Positions 20,214 to 31,534 are shown, counted from the first letter of the stretch. The stretch: DNA of 64,000 nucleotides from Alphaproteobacteria bacterium (GCA_963555825.3 CAUVXB020000002.1:64001-128000); one strand, 5' to 3'. Notes: generated from the sequence alone by a model not told the origin. Made by a program: numbers and translations.

Positions 20214-22533
20214 TCATCCGCGGCTCCCGGCAATGCCGCCGCCGCCACGCCGCGGCCCCGCGCCGATCCGCAAGCCGCCCACCCGCGAGATGGCGCCGGC
20301 GGCAGCACCTCCGACCCGCTCGCCGCCGTCCTCCCCCGTACTGCCTCTGCCGCCGATCCAGTCGAGGACGGCCGAGGGCAGCAGGTCGATGAGCTTGAAC
20401 GAGGCGTTCATCAGCCCGTAGGCGATCATCACGTAGAGCGTGAGCATGGCGAGGAAGCCGATGGGTCCGAGCCCGCCAGAGGCGCCCGCGTCGCGCATCT
20501 GCGGCAGCCAGACCTCGTTGAACAGGCCGATCCCGGCCAGGAACACGAAATACCCCACGATCAGGCCGAACAGCATCAGCGGCGGGCGCAGGATCAGCCC
20601 GGGCAGGAACAGCCAGCCCAGCCGGGTGGCCTGTGTCGCGAGCCGGTTGCCGTCGCCCCGCGTCACATGGGCGGCGGCGAACACGGTGACGGCCAGCACC
20701 GCCACAACGACGGTCACGATCCAGCCGAGAATGGCGAACAGGAAGCGGATGAAGGGCAGTGCCGGCAGCAGGTAGGCGAGCACCGCGCCGGCCATCAGCA
20801 GGAGCCCGAGCACGGTGGAGACGAAGCCGTCGGCGACCTGCCAGACGGATTCGAACATGTCGAGGCCCTTGCCAACGAAGGGCACGGATTCGAGCAGCCC
20901 CGATCCGGCGGCCGCGCCCATCAATGCCGTCATGGCGGCCAGCGCCGCGTTCATCAGGCCGTGTCCGAGGGAAGCGAGATCGGCAATGGGATTGCCGCTG
21001 TCGGCGACAATCACGCTGTCGAGGTCGATGAACTCCATGAGACCCGCCGCCATGGCGCCGCCACCGCCCGGCGCGGGCAACGCGGCGGCGCTTCACTGGC
21101 AGCAGCGGAAAACAGCATGGGCTGGTAGCCGCGCGACTGGACCAGGGCAGTCGTCAGTCCCTTGACGGCGGCATCGGCGGCGGGCGCCCATTGCCCCAGG
21201 CTCGGCGGCGGCAGGCTGACGCCCGGAATATTGTGGGCGGCGGCCTGAAACAGGCCGGTGCGGTGGGCGATGGTGTTGAAGAAGCTCGCGGCCGACATCC
21301 AGCTTGCCGCCTTGGCATCCTCGGCCACCACACGGGCAAGCTCCGCGCGTTCCTCGGAAGCGGCGCGGGCAAGCGCCGTATCGAGCACGCCCGCATAACG
21401 CTCGGCCAGGCCCCGGCCCTCGAGCAGCGCATCGAGATCGGGCAAGGGCCGGCCGTAGACGGGCGATCCGGTCACATAATGGCCGGCGAGATCGGCCGCG
21501 ACGGCGCGGATCTCCGGCAGCAGCCCGGCCAGCGCGTTACGGTGCCCCTCGGCGGCGATGCCGCGTGCGCCTTCGGCCGCGAGACCGGCGAAGCGGATCG
21601 CGCCGCACAGGTCGCCCGGCATGCCGCGCCCGGCGCCGTCGTAATGCAGGATCCTCGCATCGATGCGCCGGACCCGGGTGGTGCCAGGGCTTTTGTAGGC
21701 CTCGTCGGACTCTCGGAGTTCTATATAGGGTGCATCCCCTGCGCGGGCGGCGCTGCCGTTGGCCGCATACCGGCAGGCTTCCAGGATCAGGGTTCGGGCG
21801 ATGGCGGCGCGCCAGACAGCCTCGCGGGGCCGGGGCGCGATGGGTTCGCCTTCGCCGAGCGCCTCTTCCGAGAACGGCTCCCAGACGGCGTTGGCGAAAT
21901 CCCCTCCGAGATGGGCGAGGCCCACGACAGCGTGCTGGGCGCCGTTCATGCCGCCCGGCAGCGGCGCCATCAGGGCAACGGCGGCAACGATGCGCACGAT
22001 CTCCCAGGCGCCGAAGCCGAAGCGGCCCTCGCGGGCGGTATCGAGGGTGCCGGCCACCGTGTGCCAGACCAGCAGGAACCCCGCCAGCGCCAGCACACCG
22101 CCGTTGAAGACGAACAGCATGTCGCCGAGCACGGAGCTGCGGCCCGCGCCGATATCGCCGAGAAAGGCCAGCACGTCCCGCGTCGCTTGGTCGGCATCGG
22201 CGAACAGGCCCCGATCGATGGTCTGCGCCGCCGCCGGTTCGCCAGCAGCAGCCCCGCGATACCCAGGCCGATAAATACCGCTCCAGCGAGCAGGATCAGA
22301 AGGCCGATACAGGAAAGGGCTCGCTTCCTCTCCGATAACCGCAACCTGTTTGCTTTTGGTGTGTTGGCTACCGCGTCGTCTTTCCCCGTCTCATGCGTCA
22401 CGTTCGGTGCAGAATTGGCCGGCACCGGGAGCCGAAACGGCCGCATCCTCCGGACCAGCTCGGCCGAAGACCGCACCGCATCCGTGAGCGGGCGGGTCAA
22501 TTCCGGGGCGAACAGGAAGCGGAGCGCGCTCAT
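20214..22533 (-). CDS. dotA: DotA/TraY-like inner-membrane T4BSS protein (apparent frameshifts near 22235 and 21090)
   Basis: MLFVFNGGVL, TLDTAREG, LAYLLPALPFIRF, LILRPPLMLFG and FKLIDLLPSAVLDWIG, spread over three consecutive frames. Confidence 0.85.
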
Positions 22534-22538
22534 GGCGG

Positions 22539-23690
22539 TCAGTTCGCTCCGGCAGCCGGGTTGGCGAGGCCGGGCAGAAGGCGCATGCCTTCGGCAGCCA
22601 ACGCCAGCCCAGTGGCGCCGATGGCGCCGCGCCGTTCGTCGAGCCGGTAACGGCGCCAGTCGAGCATCAGCGAGACCGCTTGCAGGGTGACCAGCTCGCG
22701 CAGCAGGTTCTCCTGGCTCATCGCTTGCAGATCGACGAACCAGCCGGGGTTCTCGAACCGGCGGCTGGCGAGCAGCTCCAGAAGCTCATAGCGGCTGACC
22801 GGCGTTGCCGCATTGCGTCCCGGCGCGGCCTGGGCGGCCCAGGCTCCGAGCGCGGCGCCCGGTGCGCGCAACGCGCGGGCATGGGCGAAGTAGTCGCCGG
22901 CCAGCGCGGCGCGGGCGTCGGCGGAGCGGGCGAGCAGGATGCGGCGGCGCTCCTGATCGGTCTCGGCGGAGGCCAGCGCAGGCGGATCGTGCACCACGGG
23001 GCCGGCGAGATTGCGCGACAGCTCGACCGCCGTGCGCAGTTCCGCTTCGTTCGCGAAGGTGCGCCGGTCGAACAGGTTGCCGGCTTTGAGATCGGCGGCG
23101 TGGAGCGCATCCCCGCCCCGGCAGAGCGCGGCATCCTCCCCGGCGCGGGCGCCGTTGCAATAGGTACTCGTCAGGCTCTCGAAGCGGGCCGCGTTGCCGG
23201 CGGCGGCGCCGGCATCGGGAACGGCGGCGCGGTCGCCCGCGATACGCCCCGTCTCAGCGTCCGCGGCTCGCCCATAGGCGCTTTCGGCCGCTTGCCGTGC
23301 CGCGGCAAGCCCGGCCAGGCCGGTGATGGCGGCGCAGCCGCTGTCCGTCGGCCGGCGGGCGCGCATGGCCCTGGTTTCCTCGACCTCGCGGGCGATCTGC
23401 GCCTGAAGCTTGGTCTGGGCGTCGAGCGCGCCGGTCACCGCCTTGGCGCTTTGCGCCGCATAACCCGAGAGCTGGCCCGTTTGCAGGCGCAGAGCCTCGA
23501 CGATGGTGGCTTCCATGACGTCGATTTCGCGGGTGAGACCAGCGAGCACGCGGCTCGCCTCGGCCCGGTCGTTGTCGGTCGGATCGCACGGCGAATGGGC
23601 GCGGGCGGGCGGAACCGCCAACGTTGCGGTCAGCGCCGTGGCAAGGATCACGGCATGGAAGACCGTGCGGCAACGAACGGGGGTACTCAT
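22539..23690 (-). CDS. Exported TraW/IcmX-like conjugation protein
   Basis: Signal peptide; C-terminal RRFENPGWFVDLQAMSQENLLREL; lies directly upstream of dotA/traY as in IncI plasmids. Confidence 0.65.
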   Translation of the reverse strand: MSTPVRCRTVFHAVILATALTATLAVPPARAHSPCDPTDNDRAEASRVLAGLTREIDVMEATIVEALRLQTGQLSGYAAQSAKAVTGALDAQTKLQAQIAREVEETRAMRARRPTDSGCAAITGLAGLAAARQAAESAYGRAADAETGRIAGDRAAVPDAGAAAGNAARFESLTSTYCNGARAGEDAALCRGGDALHAADLKAGNLFDRRTFANEAELRTAVELSRNLAGPVVHDPPALASAETDQERRRILLARSADARAALAGDYFAHARALRAPGAALGAWAAQAAPGRNAATPVSRYELLELLASRRFENPGWFVDLQAMSQENLLRELVTLQAVSLMLDWRRYRLDERRGAIGATGLALAAEGMRLLPGLANPAAGAN

Positions 23691-24226
23691 TGCCCACCTC
23701 CCAGGATGCCGCGGAAGCGTTCGGCGTTGACCCCGCTGTCTTGCAGGATGTTGCCGTTCCGGGCGTCGGTATCGAGCCCCGGCAGGCGGTGCAGTCCCGG
23801 TAGCCGGGGCAGCCGGGAGGTATAGACCGAGGCGTCCAGCGTGCGGCCGACATAGCCGCGGTAGGTGTTCCGCGCGATCTCGCAGACCCGGCGCTGCGCG
23901 AGACCGAGGATTTCCTCGAGCGCACGGCCGGGATCGAACAGCACGTTGAAGGCCCGGTAGTTGAAGAGGTCCTCCAGGCAGGAGAAGTCGAGGATCGAGT
24001 CCGGATCGCGGATACCCTGATCGGGATTGCGGATAACGGCGAGATCCTGCTCGACGCCCCGCGCGGCGCTCGCCGCCAGCGCCTCGCGGATCCCGGGATC
24101 GCAGCCCGCTTCAAGTGCGGCGGGCGGCGGGGCCTGGGCCAGGGCCGGCGAGACTCCGGGAACGGGGGCGAGCACCGGCGCCAGAAGCGCCAGTGCCGCG
24201 AGCGCGAGACCCGCGCGCCCGTTCAT
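23687..24226 (-). CDS. Exported Cys-containing hypothetical conjugation protein
   Basis: Signal peptide MNGRAGLALAALALL..ALA; coupled to neighbouring genes. Confidence 0.65.
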   Translation of the reverse strand: MNGRAGLALAALALLAPVLAPVPGVSPALAQAPPPAALEAGCDPGIREALAASAARGVEQDLAVIRNPDQGIRDPDSILDFSCLEDLFNYRAFNVLFDPGRALEEILGLAQRRVCEIARNTYRGYVGRTLDASVYTSRLPRLPGLHRLPGLDTDARNGNILQDSGVNAERFRGILGGGQ

Positions 24227-24705
24227 CACTGCCCCCCGACCCGGGAGGGGCCGTCCGGCGCCGCGCCATCGGCCTCCCCGGTTGGCGCGCGCATCGATGG
24301 TCCCGCCAGGATCGCCGGTTCCCTCCGCCTCGCCCCGCCCTCTTCCGCGCGGCCGTCGTCCCGGCGCGGGGACAGCACGTTGACGCGGCCTTGCGGTCCC
24401 GCGACGACGATTTCCGTAACCCGGCGGCTTTCGCCCTTCTTGTCCTGATATTCGTGGCTGGTAATGCGCCCTTCGATCAGCAGCGCGGCGCCCTTGCGGA
24501 CCAGCTTTTCGACTGCCGCGACGGCGGCGCCGAACACAACGATCCGGTGCCACTCGGTGGCCTCACCCGTCCCGCCGTCCTGGCGCCGCCATTTATCGGT
24601 GGTGGCCAGACTGAAGGTGGCGGTCTTCTCGCCGCTCTTCATCGTGCGGATCTCGGGGTCGCGCCCCGCATGGCCCAGCAACGTCACCCGGTTCATGTTC
24701 AACAT
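24226..24705 (-). CDS. ssb: Single-stranded DNA-binding protein
   Basis: NRVTLLGHAGRDPEIR, FSLATT and TEWHRIVVFG. Lacks the acidic DDIPF tail. Confidence 0.93.
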   Translation of the reverse strand: MLNMNRVTLLGHAGRDPEIRTMKSGEKTATFSLATTDKWRRQDGGTGEATEWHRIVVFGAAVAAVEKLVRKGAALLIEGRITSHEYQDKKGESRRVTEIVVAGPQGRVNVLSPRRDDGRAEEGGARRREPAILAGPSMRAPTGEADGAAPDGPSRVGGQ

Positions 24706-24708
24706 CGT

Positions 24709-27700
24709 TTATTCCTCCGTTTCGGTTGGTTGGCTGGCCGGTACGGACCGGCCGGTGGAAACCGCCGCGGCCGGATCATCACCGGCGGGATTGAAGGCGG
24801 ATTGGGTGGTTTCGGCTGCCAGCACGAGCTCCTCCGCGAGGCGGTCGAGCACGTCTTCCTCGGTGGCGCCGGCACGGATGCCCGCCGCCGCGAGGCGGCC
24901 AAGCTCGGCGTCGATGCGGGCACGCGCGGTGCCCGTGGGGAAGGCCCGGGCCAGGACGGCCCGCGCGACGGCCGGGGCCAGCCGCGCCTGAAGACGCGAC
25001 CGCAGCGCCACATCGGCGGGGCTGGTGGTCAGCGCCCAAAGTTCGGCCGGTCCCGGCGTGTTGACGACCAGTTGCTCGAAACGCCCGCGCGCGTCGCTGG
25101 CGATCAGCAGTGCCGGCGCGCCGTCCTTGCCGGGTCCCGGCAGGCGGTAGCGGATGGCGTCCTGGAGGGTCTCGCTCAGTGCGAATATCCCGGACAGCGC
25201 CTCGATCTCGCGGGCCTTGCCGCCCGCGCCGAGGATCCAGTAGCGGTTGGCAAGCTCGGTCAGCGCGCCGCCGAAATCCTCCAGCCGCTGCGAGGCCAGG
25301 GAAAGACGCACCCTGAGCTTGCGGGCCTCGCGCACATCGCGCTCGACCTGGGCGCGCACGGCGGGCGCGCCGGCGGTGCGGTGGAACTCGTCGTACGCAA
25401 GCCGTTTGGGCGCCTCGCGGATATCGCGCAGGCGGTGCCCGTGCCAGGCCCGGTAGGGCGCGGGGATATCGGCGAGCGAATCCTCGCCGATCCACCAGTG
25501 CCGGGTCAACGCGTGACGGGCCAGCAGGTAGAAGGCAGCGGTCTGGCGCCCCGCCTCGGGCGAGCCCTGGGGCGCCACATCGCCAAGATCGATGGCGGCG
25601 ATACGCACATGCCCGATATCGAAGGCGGTGGGCGCGAACATGATCGGCCAGTCGCCCGAGAGCGCGGTCAGGATGCGGATAAAGGCCTGGGTCACCGTCT
25701 CGCCGCCGGCGCCGTAGGCGGTATCGCCGACCAGCCCCTGGACGGCGGGCTCGCGCACCGCCGCCAGCAGGTCGCCCAGCACCGGCACGGCGTAGAGCTG
25801 CGCCCGCGCGGCCGCTGCGTGGGCGCCGGCCTCGAACAACAGGTCGACGATCTCCCACCACAATGGGGCCTCTGGCGGATCGATCCCGGCGGCGGCCAGC
25901 GCCGCGTCGACCGCCCCGTCGCGCCCGGACGTATAAGCATGCGGCTCGGCGCCGGCGATCTTGTCCGAACGCAGCGCATAGACCGCCGTGATCGCCGGGC
26001 CGATCAGCTCGCGCATGCCGTCGGGGACGCCCTCGGCGCCAGCCGGGGTCATCATCAGACCCAGCAGGTTGACCAGGAAGGCGCGCTCGGCGGGCAGCGG
26101 CGCGCGGCAGCCGAGCTGGGTGTCGCACGGGTTGATCGCGTGTTCGCGGGTCATCCGCAGCGCGAACCAACCGGCCTCGTGGCGGCGCTCCGGCGGCAGG
26201 GCCTCGCGAATCAGCGAGATCAGTCCGGCCGAGGACGGCCCGATATCGATGGTCGCGGATAGTGGCAGCCGGGCCTGGCCGCCTTGCAGGCTGAAGGCGA
26301 GGCCGAGGCTGTTCATCAGCACCGACTTGCCGCGCCCGGGGACGCCGTAGATCAGCTCGAAACCGTAATCCTCGCCGTCCTCCCAGGCGAACGGCAGGGG
26401 CTTGCCGTCGATTGAGCGGAACAGATGCCCCGCGCCGCTGTTCGACAAGGGCGCGGGCCTCCCGGCCGGCAGCAGGCGCAGCGCTTCCGTGAGCGGCGCG
26501 AGCGCGGGCTCGGCGGTGGCGCCGCAACAGAACCCCGGCACAGACGCGGCGAGGCTTTCCAGGGGATCGCCGACCAACGGCGTGAACACCGTCTCGCCCC
26601 AGCCCTCGGCAAGCTGCTGCAGGCGGCTCAGGCGGCGGCGCAGTGCATCTTCACCGTCTTCCGGCGCGACCCAGGTCAGCAGACCGAGGCGCAGCCGGAC
26701 GATCGCATGGGCGTCCGCGCCGAGCGCGGTCAGGTCGCGCATGGCGTTGCGCACCAGCAAACTGTCGTCCGACGAGAACGCCAGGAACGCCGCCGCGACG
26801 TTTGTCATGGCAGAATCCAGGCCGGCAAGGCCGCCGCCCTCGATCAGCAGCGAGAAACGGCAGGGCAATCCGGCATCGGCCAGGCGCTCCATCAGTTCGG
26901 AGAACGGACGTGCCCGGCGCGGTCCGAGCGCCATGTCGAGGGCGCCGTAGAGCCGCTCGCCGATGCGGATTCCGCCCGCTGTCCGCTCGGGATCGCGGAT
27001 CAATAGTTGCGGCCCCAGCGGCGGCGGGAACGCGCCATCCTCGGGCGGCGCGGTCAGGCGCGCGGGCGCGTCGTTGGCGACCGTCACCGGACGCCAATCC
27101 GGTGCGGTCGAGTCCGAGCCGTTCAGCGACCGGCGCAGGGTGGCGCACGCGGCGTCGCCGCCAAGCAACTCGGCCATGATCCCAGCCTCGGCGAACAGCG
27201 CCGCGAGGGTATCGAGGAAGGCCTCGTGCCGGGGCGGGAGGCCATCGGGGGCCAGATACGGGCATTGTGAGGAGTCGGCGTCCGGCAGCCATTGGCGCAG
27301 CCGTCGCCTGAGCCGCTTGCTGTCGCGTTTCAACTGGTCGGGCGGCAACACGGCCGGGCGGGTCCAGGCGGCGATAACGAAACTCTCGGCTGCCATCAGC
27401 GGCGCCAGGCGGCGGCCGCGCTCGGCGATCACGTCGCCCAGCGCGAGCCCGAGCCGCTCGCATTGCCGCAGCGTCTGCTCGCCTGCCGCCGCGACCAGCC
27501 GTGCCGCCTCGTCCGGGGCGCGCTCGAAGACCGCGTGCAGCGCGTGGCCGGGACCGGTAAAGACGCTGTTGAGGCGGCGCGCGCCGAGTTCGACGAAGCC
27601 GTCGAGTTCCCGGGCGCCCATCATCGAACGCGCGCCGTCGAGCCGGAACAGCGAGACCAGCGAGCCGTCGCGGCAGACCAGCACGCCGGCCCCGCCGGGC

Positions 27701-27831
27701 AGGGCAAACGCCGCCGCGGGCAGCAGGAAACTCTCCAGCGGCTTCTTGCGGACCGCCCAGCTCAGCCGCAGCGCATCCTCGATCGCGCCATACATTGAAA
27801 ATGGCAGCGGGAAAGACATCGAAACGGGCAT
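24709..27831 (-). CDS. icmB: IcmB/DotO/TraU ATPase (VirB4 equivalent of MPF-I)
   Basis: 1040 aa; GVPGRGKS, IDIGPSS, INPCDTQLGCR, YDEFHRT, REARK and WALTT motifs. Confidence 0.92.
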   Translation of the reverse strand: MPVSMSFPLPFSMYGAIEDALRLSWAVRKKPLESFLLPAAAFALPGGAGVLVCRDGSLVSLFRLDGARSMMGARELDGFVELGARRLNSVFTGPGHALHAVFERAPDEAARLVAAAGEQTLRQCERLGLALGDVIAERGRRLAPLMAAESFVIAAWTRPAVLPPDQLKRDSKRLRRRLRQWLPDADSSQCPYLAPDGLPPRHEAFLDTLAALFAEAGIMAELLGGDAACATLRRSLNGSDSTAPDWRPVTVANDAPARLTAPPEDGAFPPPLGPQLLIRDPERTAGGIRIGERLYGALDMALGPRRARPFSELMERLADAGLPCRFSLLIEGGGLAGLDSAMTNVAAAFLAFSSDDSLLVRNAMRDLTALGADAHAIVRLRLGLLTWVAPEDGEDALRRRLSRLQQLAEGWGETVFTPLVGDPLESLAASVPGFCCGATAEPALAPLTEALRLLPAGRPAPLSNSGAGHLFRSIDGKPLPFAWEDGEDYGFELIYGVPGRGKSVLMNSLGLAFSLQGGQARLPLSATIDIGPSSAGLISLIREALPPERRHEAGWFALRMTREHAINPCDTQLGCRAPLPAERAFLVNLLGLMMTPAGAEGVPDGMRELIGPAITAVYALRSDKIAGAEPHAYTSGRDGAVDAALAAAGIDPPEAPLWWEIVDLLFEAGAHAAAARAQLYAVPVLGDLLAAVREPAVQGLVGDTAYGAGGETVTQAFIRILTALSGDWPIMFAPTAFDIGHVRIAAIDLGDVAPQGSPEAGRQTAAFYLLARHALTRHWWIGEDSLADIPAPYRAWHGHRLRDIREAPKRLAYDEFHRTAGAPAVRAQVERDVREARKLRVRLSLASQRLEDFGGALTELANRYWILGAGGKAREIEALSGIFALSETLQDAIRYRLPGPGKDGAPALLIASDARGRFEQLVVNTPGPAELWALTTSPADVALRSRLQARLAPAVARAVLARAFPTGTARARIDAELGRLAAAGIRAGATEEDVLDRLAEELVLAAETTQSAFNPAGDDPAAAVSTGRSVPASQPTETEE

Positions 27832-27844
27832 TGCCTGCGCCTTC

Positions 27845-28238
27845 CTAAAGCCGGGGCTTGATCACGGTGTGGCTGCCGCCGCTCAGCCCTAAGGTGTCGC
27901 CCAGCGCGTTGATCACCGCCGGGGCCGCGATCAGCGAGACCCCGATCAGGATGGCGATCAGGCCGCTGCCGATGGTGGTCTGCTGCGGGTGATCGACATG
28001 GCGTTTCAGTTTGAGCAGGCCGAAGCCGACGATGGCGGCGCCGATGATGTAGAAGGCCACCGCCAGCAGGGCCGGCACCGACTCCAGGTCGTCCGCCGCC
28101 TCCTTCGCCATGTCGCCGAGCGAAACCGCCAACGCCGGTCCCGGCCGCTCCCGCCCACGAGACGGCGGAGATAACGGCGCCAAACAGGCCCGCGGCCCAT
28201 TCGAGGGAATGCCGTTTCAAGGGGTTTGCAATAGTCAT
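27845..28238 (-). CDS. IcmD/TraR-like small pilin-like membrane protein (apparent frameshift near 28150)
   Basis: Signal-like N-terminus followed by two TM helices (VAFYIIGAAIVGFGLLKLK and GLIAILIGVSLIAAP); AAGGA RBS. Confidence 0.65.
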
Positions 28239-28249
28239 CGGGTTTCCTT

Positions 28250-28789
28250 TCATCGGATGTTCAGGACAGCGATGCCGAGGCTGGTTTGCACCGCCTCGAT
28301 CACCGCGACGATGTGCCAGGCGGCGATGCCGCCGGCCATGTGGGCGAAGGCCTTGGGTCCGCTCGCGCCGGGCTTGCCGTCGGCGGCGGCGCGCAGCGTG
28401 AAGGCGCCCCGGATGAAGGCAAACAGCCCAACCAGGCTGACCAGGGTGAAGACGGCCGCCAGCAGCGCGTCGTAATTGGCGCCGCGCGCGCCATAACCCA
28501 GGCTCGCCGCGGCAGGCCGTGCCCCGGAGCCGAACAGGCTTTCGCCCGCCGCCGAGAGCCACGACGGCAACGCCGCCATGACGATGCAGATCAGGAAGCT
28601 CAATGCCGTGCCGCCGCCGGAGGGCGCGTGGAACTTGTCCTCCGAGGTCTTCAGCAGCCGCAGCAGGCCCTGCGCGAAGGCGAACAGCGCCAGCACGTAG
28701 CAAAGCGCCGAGACCAACAGCAGCAAGCCGGGCTCGAGATCCCGGACCAGCGAGATCATTGCCTGGCCAATATCGTTGCGTTCAGCCAC
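28250..28789 (-). CDS. IcmC/DotE/TraQ-like membrane protein
   Basis: Four TM helices, VGLFAFIRG and AFAHMAGG; lies between dotG and icmB. Confidence 0.7.
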   Translation of the reverse strand: MAERNDIGQAMISLVRDLEPGLLLLVSALCYVLALFAFAQGLLRLLKTSEDKFHAPSGGGTALSFLICIVMAALPSWLSAAGESLFGSGARPAAASLGYGARGANYDALLAAVFTLVSLVGLFAFIRGAFTLRAAADGKPGASGPKAFAHMAGGIAAWHIVAVIEAVQTSLGIAVLNIR

Positions 28790-29957
28790 CGCCGCCCCCG
28801 CCTCCGGCCGGCCCGTTCTCCGGCGTTGTCCCCGGAAGGCGTGCGAACATGACGATGAGTTCGGTATCGCGGGGAATACGCACCGTCGGACGCTTCGGCG
28901 CGTTTTCCAGCAGGATATCGCCGGCCGAGCGCGCCGCCGTCCCGAGGCCGCTATGGACGGCCTCTCGCGTCGAGCCCTGGCGCCGTTCATAGCGCACATC
29001 GCCGCTCCCCAGCGTGAGGCTCTCGGCGGGCCGGCCCATCGCCGTCAGGAAGCCCTCCGCGAAACGCACCGCGGCGGGCAGCAGGACGCGCTGGAAGAAA
29101 TGGCTGTCGACCTCGCCGGCGATGCCGTAACAGGCACAATCGAGACCGACCGCCCAGCCGTCGGTTGCCCTGCGCCGGCCGCGGTATTCCAGGCTGGTGA
29201 GCCGCAGCACCATGCGCTCGCCGGAAAGGGTGAAGGCGCCCGTTGCCACGGCGCCGGCGAGCGGCGGTCCCAGCAGTTCGATCAGCACCGGTCCCGGATA
29301 GTCCGAGTTGACCGCATAAATCGTGCGCGCATAGATCCCCTCACCCGCCGGCGGCAGGGGGATGGACGGTTCGGGAGGTGTGCCGGAAGTGGCGGGCGCA
29401 GCCGTTTCGGGCTTGGCGGGCGGATAGCGGATGCGGACGATCCGCGGCGGTTTGCTCCAGTTCTGCAGCAGCACGCCGATCAGATCCGATATGCGGTCTT
29501 CGGGCCGGCCGGGCGGGCTGCCCTCTTGCCGCGGCGGGCTGTAGGCTTCGTAGGTGGGCCGCGGTGTCACGCGGCCTCCGTACTGGTGCTGCAACGCAGG
29601 CGGTGATTCGGTTACGGACCGTGTGGATCCCACGCCACCGGCCGGCTGTGTGTAACCGGGCGCCTGGCCACGGCCAGAAAAGATCGGCACGAAGGAGTCG
29701 CCTTGTTGCCGTGCCGCGTCGAGCCGAACCCGGTCGCGCTCGTCCAGCGTGTCGAGATAGGCCGGCGGAACGCTGTCTTCAGGGTTGAGTTTGACGCCCC
29801 GGTTGTCCGGCATCTGAGCCCAGGCCGAACCGGGCCAACCCGAAGACGCGGCGAGCAGAGCGCATATAAGAAGACGGCATACCGCGGGCGCATGGAGACG
29901 GTGTATCGCCATAGGCCGGTTTCGCGGCGTTTCAGCGATCGATCTATCGTTCATCAT
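28782..29957 (-). CDS. dotG: DotG/IcmE/TraO (VirB10-like) core protein, short form
   Basis: GEGIYARTIYAVNSDYPGPV, GEVDSHFFQR and PTVRIP motifs; synteny. Confidence 0.85.
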   Translation of the reverse strand: MMNDRSIAETPRNRPMAIHRLHAPAVCRLLICALLAASSGWPGSAWAQMPDNRGVKLNPEDSVPPAYLDTLDERDRVRLDAARQQGDSFVPIFSGRGQAPGYTQPAGGVGSTRSVTESPPALQHQYGGRVTPRPTYEAYSPPRQEGSPPGRPEDRISDLIGVLLQNWSKPPRIVRIRYPPAKPETAAPATSGTPPEPSIPLPPAGEGIYARTIYAVNSDYPGPVLIELLGPPLAGAVATGAFTLSGERMVLRLTSLEYRGRRRATDGWAVGLDCACYGIAGEVDSHFFQRVLLPAAVRFAEGFLTAMGRPAESLTLGSGDVRYERRQGSTREAVHSGLGTAARSAGDILLENAPKRPTVRIPRDTELIVMFARLPGTTPENGPAGGGGGGG

Positions 29958-30896
29958 CGATGTCCTGTAATTGCGTTGTGATTTCCATTGAGCGGAACGA
30001 GAGCCGCATCTCGCGGCCCCGGGCGCTTACGAGCGCCTGCGGGGTGTCCGGCAAGCGGTAGGCCCAGCGGCCGCCGGGGCCGCGTTCGGCTGCCCAGGGG
30101 CCGGGCGAAAGCAGATATGCGCGGGTGACCAGCAGCAGATCGCCGCCCTGCCTCCAGGCGCGGCCTTCGTGGCCGCCGCCCTCGATGGCAAGCCGTTCGG
30201 CGTCCGGCGGCACGGCGCCGCCGAGCAGGCCGAGCAGCACCGGATCGCCGGCGTGGAACCCTTCGGGCTGCGCCAGCAAGGCCGGATCTGCGTTCGGTCC
30301 TGGCATGGCAAGGCGGATATCGACCCGGAAGTCGGCAGCACCACCGGTGCCGCGCAGGGCGACCACCAACGGCTCGGCGAGACCAGCCAGCGTCACCACC
30401 GCGTTGCCGTCGAGATAGGCCTGTTGGGGCGCCAGATAGAGCAGATGGCCGGCGCCGGGATTGGCCGCTTCCGGCGCGGCCTCCTGGCCCGGCGGCAGGA
30501 AGCGGCTGTCGAGCACGGTCTCGGCGATCGGCCAGGGCGCGCCGGTCATGCCGGTGAAGGAGAGCACCGTGGTGTAGCCGCGCCTTAGCGCGATCACCGG
30601 GATTTGCCCATCGCCCGGCCCATCGAGACGGATCCGCCGGATACGGCCTTGCGGCGGCGCCCCCGCGCCCCGCGCGCTCGCCCGCTGGGTCTGGCGCAAC
30701 AGCCGGCCCAGGGTCTCGATCTGCCCTTGCGTGAACGGCAAGGCGGACCGGCCCTGCCGGGCGGCGTCGCCATCCGGCACGGCATGATCGGGCCAGACGT
30801 CAGGTTCGGCTGCCGGGTTGGCGGGTTCGGCCGCGGCCGCCAACGACGGCGGCAGCAGAGAATCAGCGAGAGAAGCGCAAGGGTCCTGACGATCAT
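29944..30896 (-). CDS. dotH: DotH/IcmK/TraN outer-membrane core protein (apparent frameshift near 30843)
   Basis: LPFTQGQI, GYTTVLSF..TGAPWPI, GNAVVTL, DFRVDIR..GPNA and LLSPG motifs. Confidence 0.85.
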
Positions 30897-31534
30897 GAGC
30901 CGCCTCCTTTGCTGGCGATCAATTGCTCGATGCCGATCCCGGCGGGGCGTTCCTCCAGCGGCACGCGCATGACCAGCACCTGGGCCAGCAGGTCCTGGCT
31001 GATGCGCCGCGATCCGGCCTCGAAGGTGACCAGAAGGGGAAACTCGATGGCCCAGCCGATGCGCCCCGCGAAATGCCGCGTATCGGTAATCACCGGCGCG
31101 CCCCGGGCCACCGCCGAGGCGACCTGGAGGTTGTCGCGCAGCCGGTCGAGGAACAGGCTGTCGTCGAGCCCGGCCAGAAACGATTCGTAGCCGCTATCGG
31201 TGAACTTGCCGCGGATGCCCGCAAGGCGCAGGCGCCAGTCGTGATGACCGAGCGTGAAGGCTTCGGTGACCGCCGCAACGGTCCAGTTGCGCAGCGCCGC
31301 ATCCGACATGATCGGCTCGTCGAGCCGCGTCAGCGGCACCAGCCGTCCATCGGGGGTCGCGGCGACGGTGATGTAGACCGTGGAATGAAAAAACACGTAA
31401 CCCGCGAAGGCCGCCGCCGTGAGCGCGTTGGTCACCAACAGCCAGGACGCGGCGCGGCGCCAGCCATGATGCTGGTCGCGCTGGAAGGCGAACTGCCGCG
31501 CCGCCTCGGCGATGGCCTGAACCCGGCTACTCAT
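30893..31534 (-). CDS. dotI: DotI/IcmL/TraM (VirB8-like)
   Basis: TM helix, ATPDGRLVPL, FTDSGYESF and GIGIEQL motifs. Confidence 0.9.
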   Translation of the reverse strand: MSSRVQAIAEAARQFAFQRDQHHGWRRAASWLLVTNALTAAAFAGYVFFHSTVYITVAATPDGRLVPLTRLDEPIMSDAALRNWTVAAVTEAFTLGHHDWRLRLAGIRGKFTDSGYESFLAGLDDSLFLDRLRDNLQVASAVARGAPVITDTRHFAGRIGWAIEFPLLVTFEAGSRRISQDLLAQVLVMRVPLEERPAGIGIEQLIASKGGGS

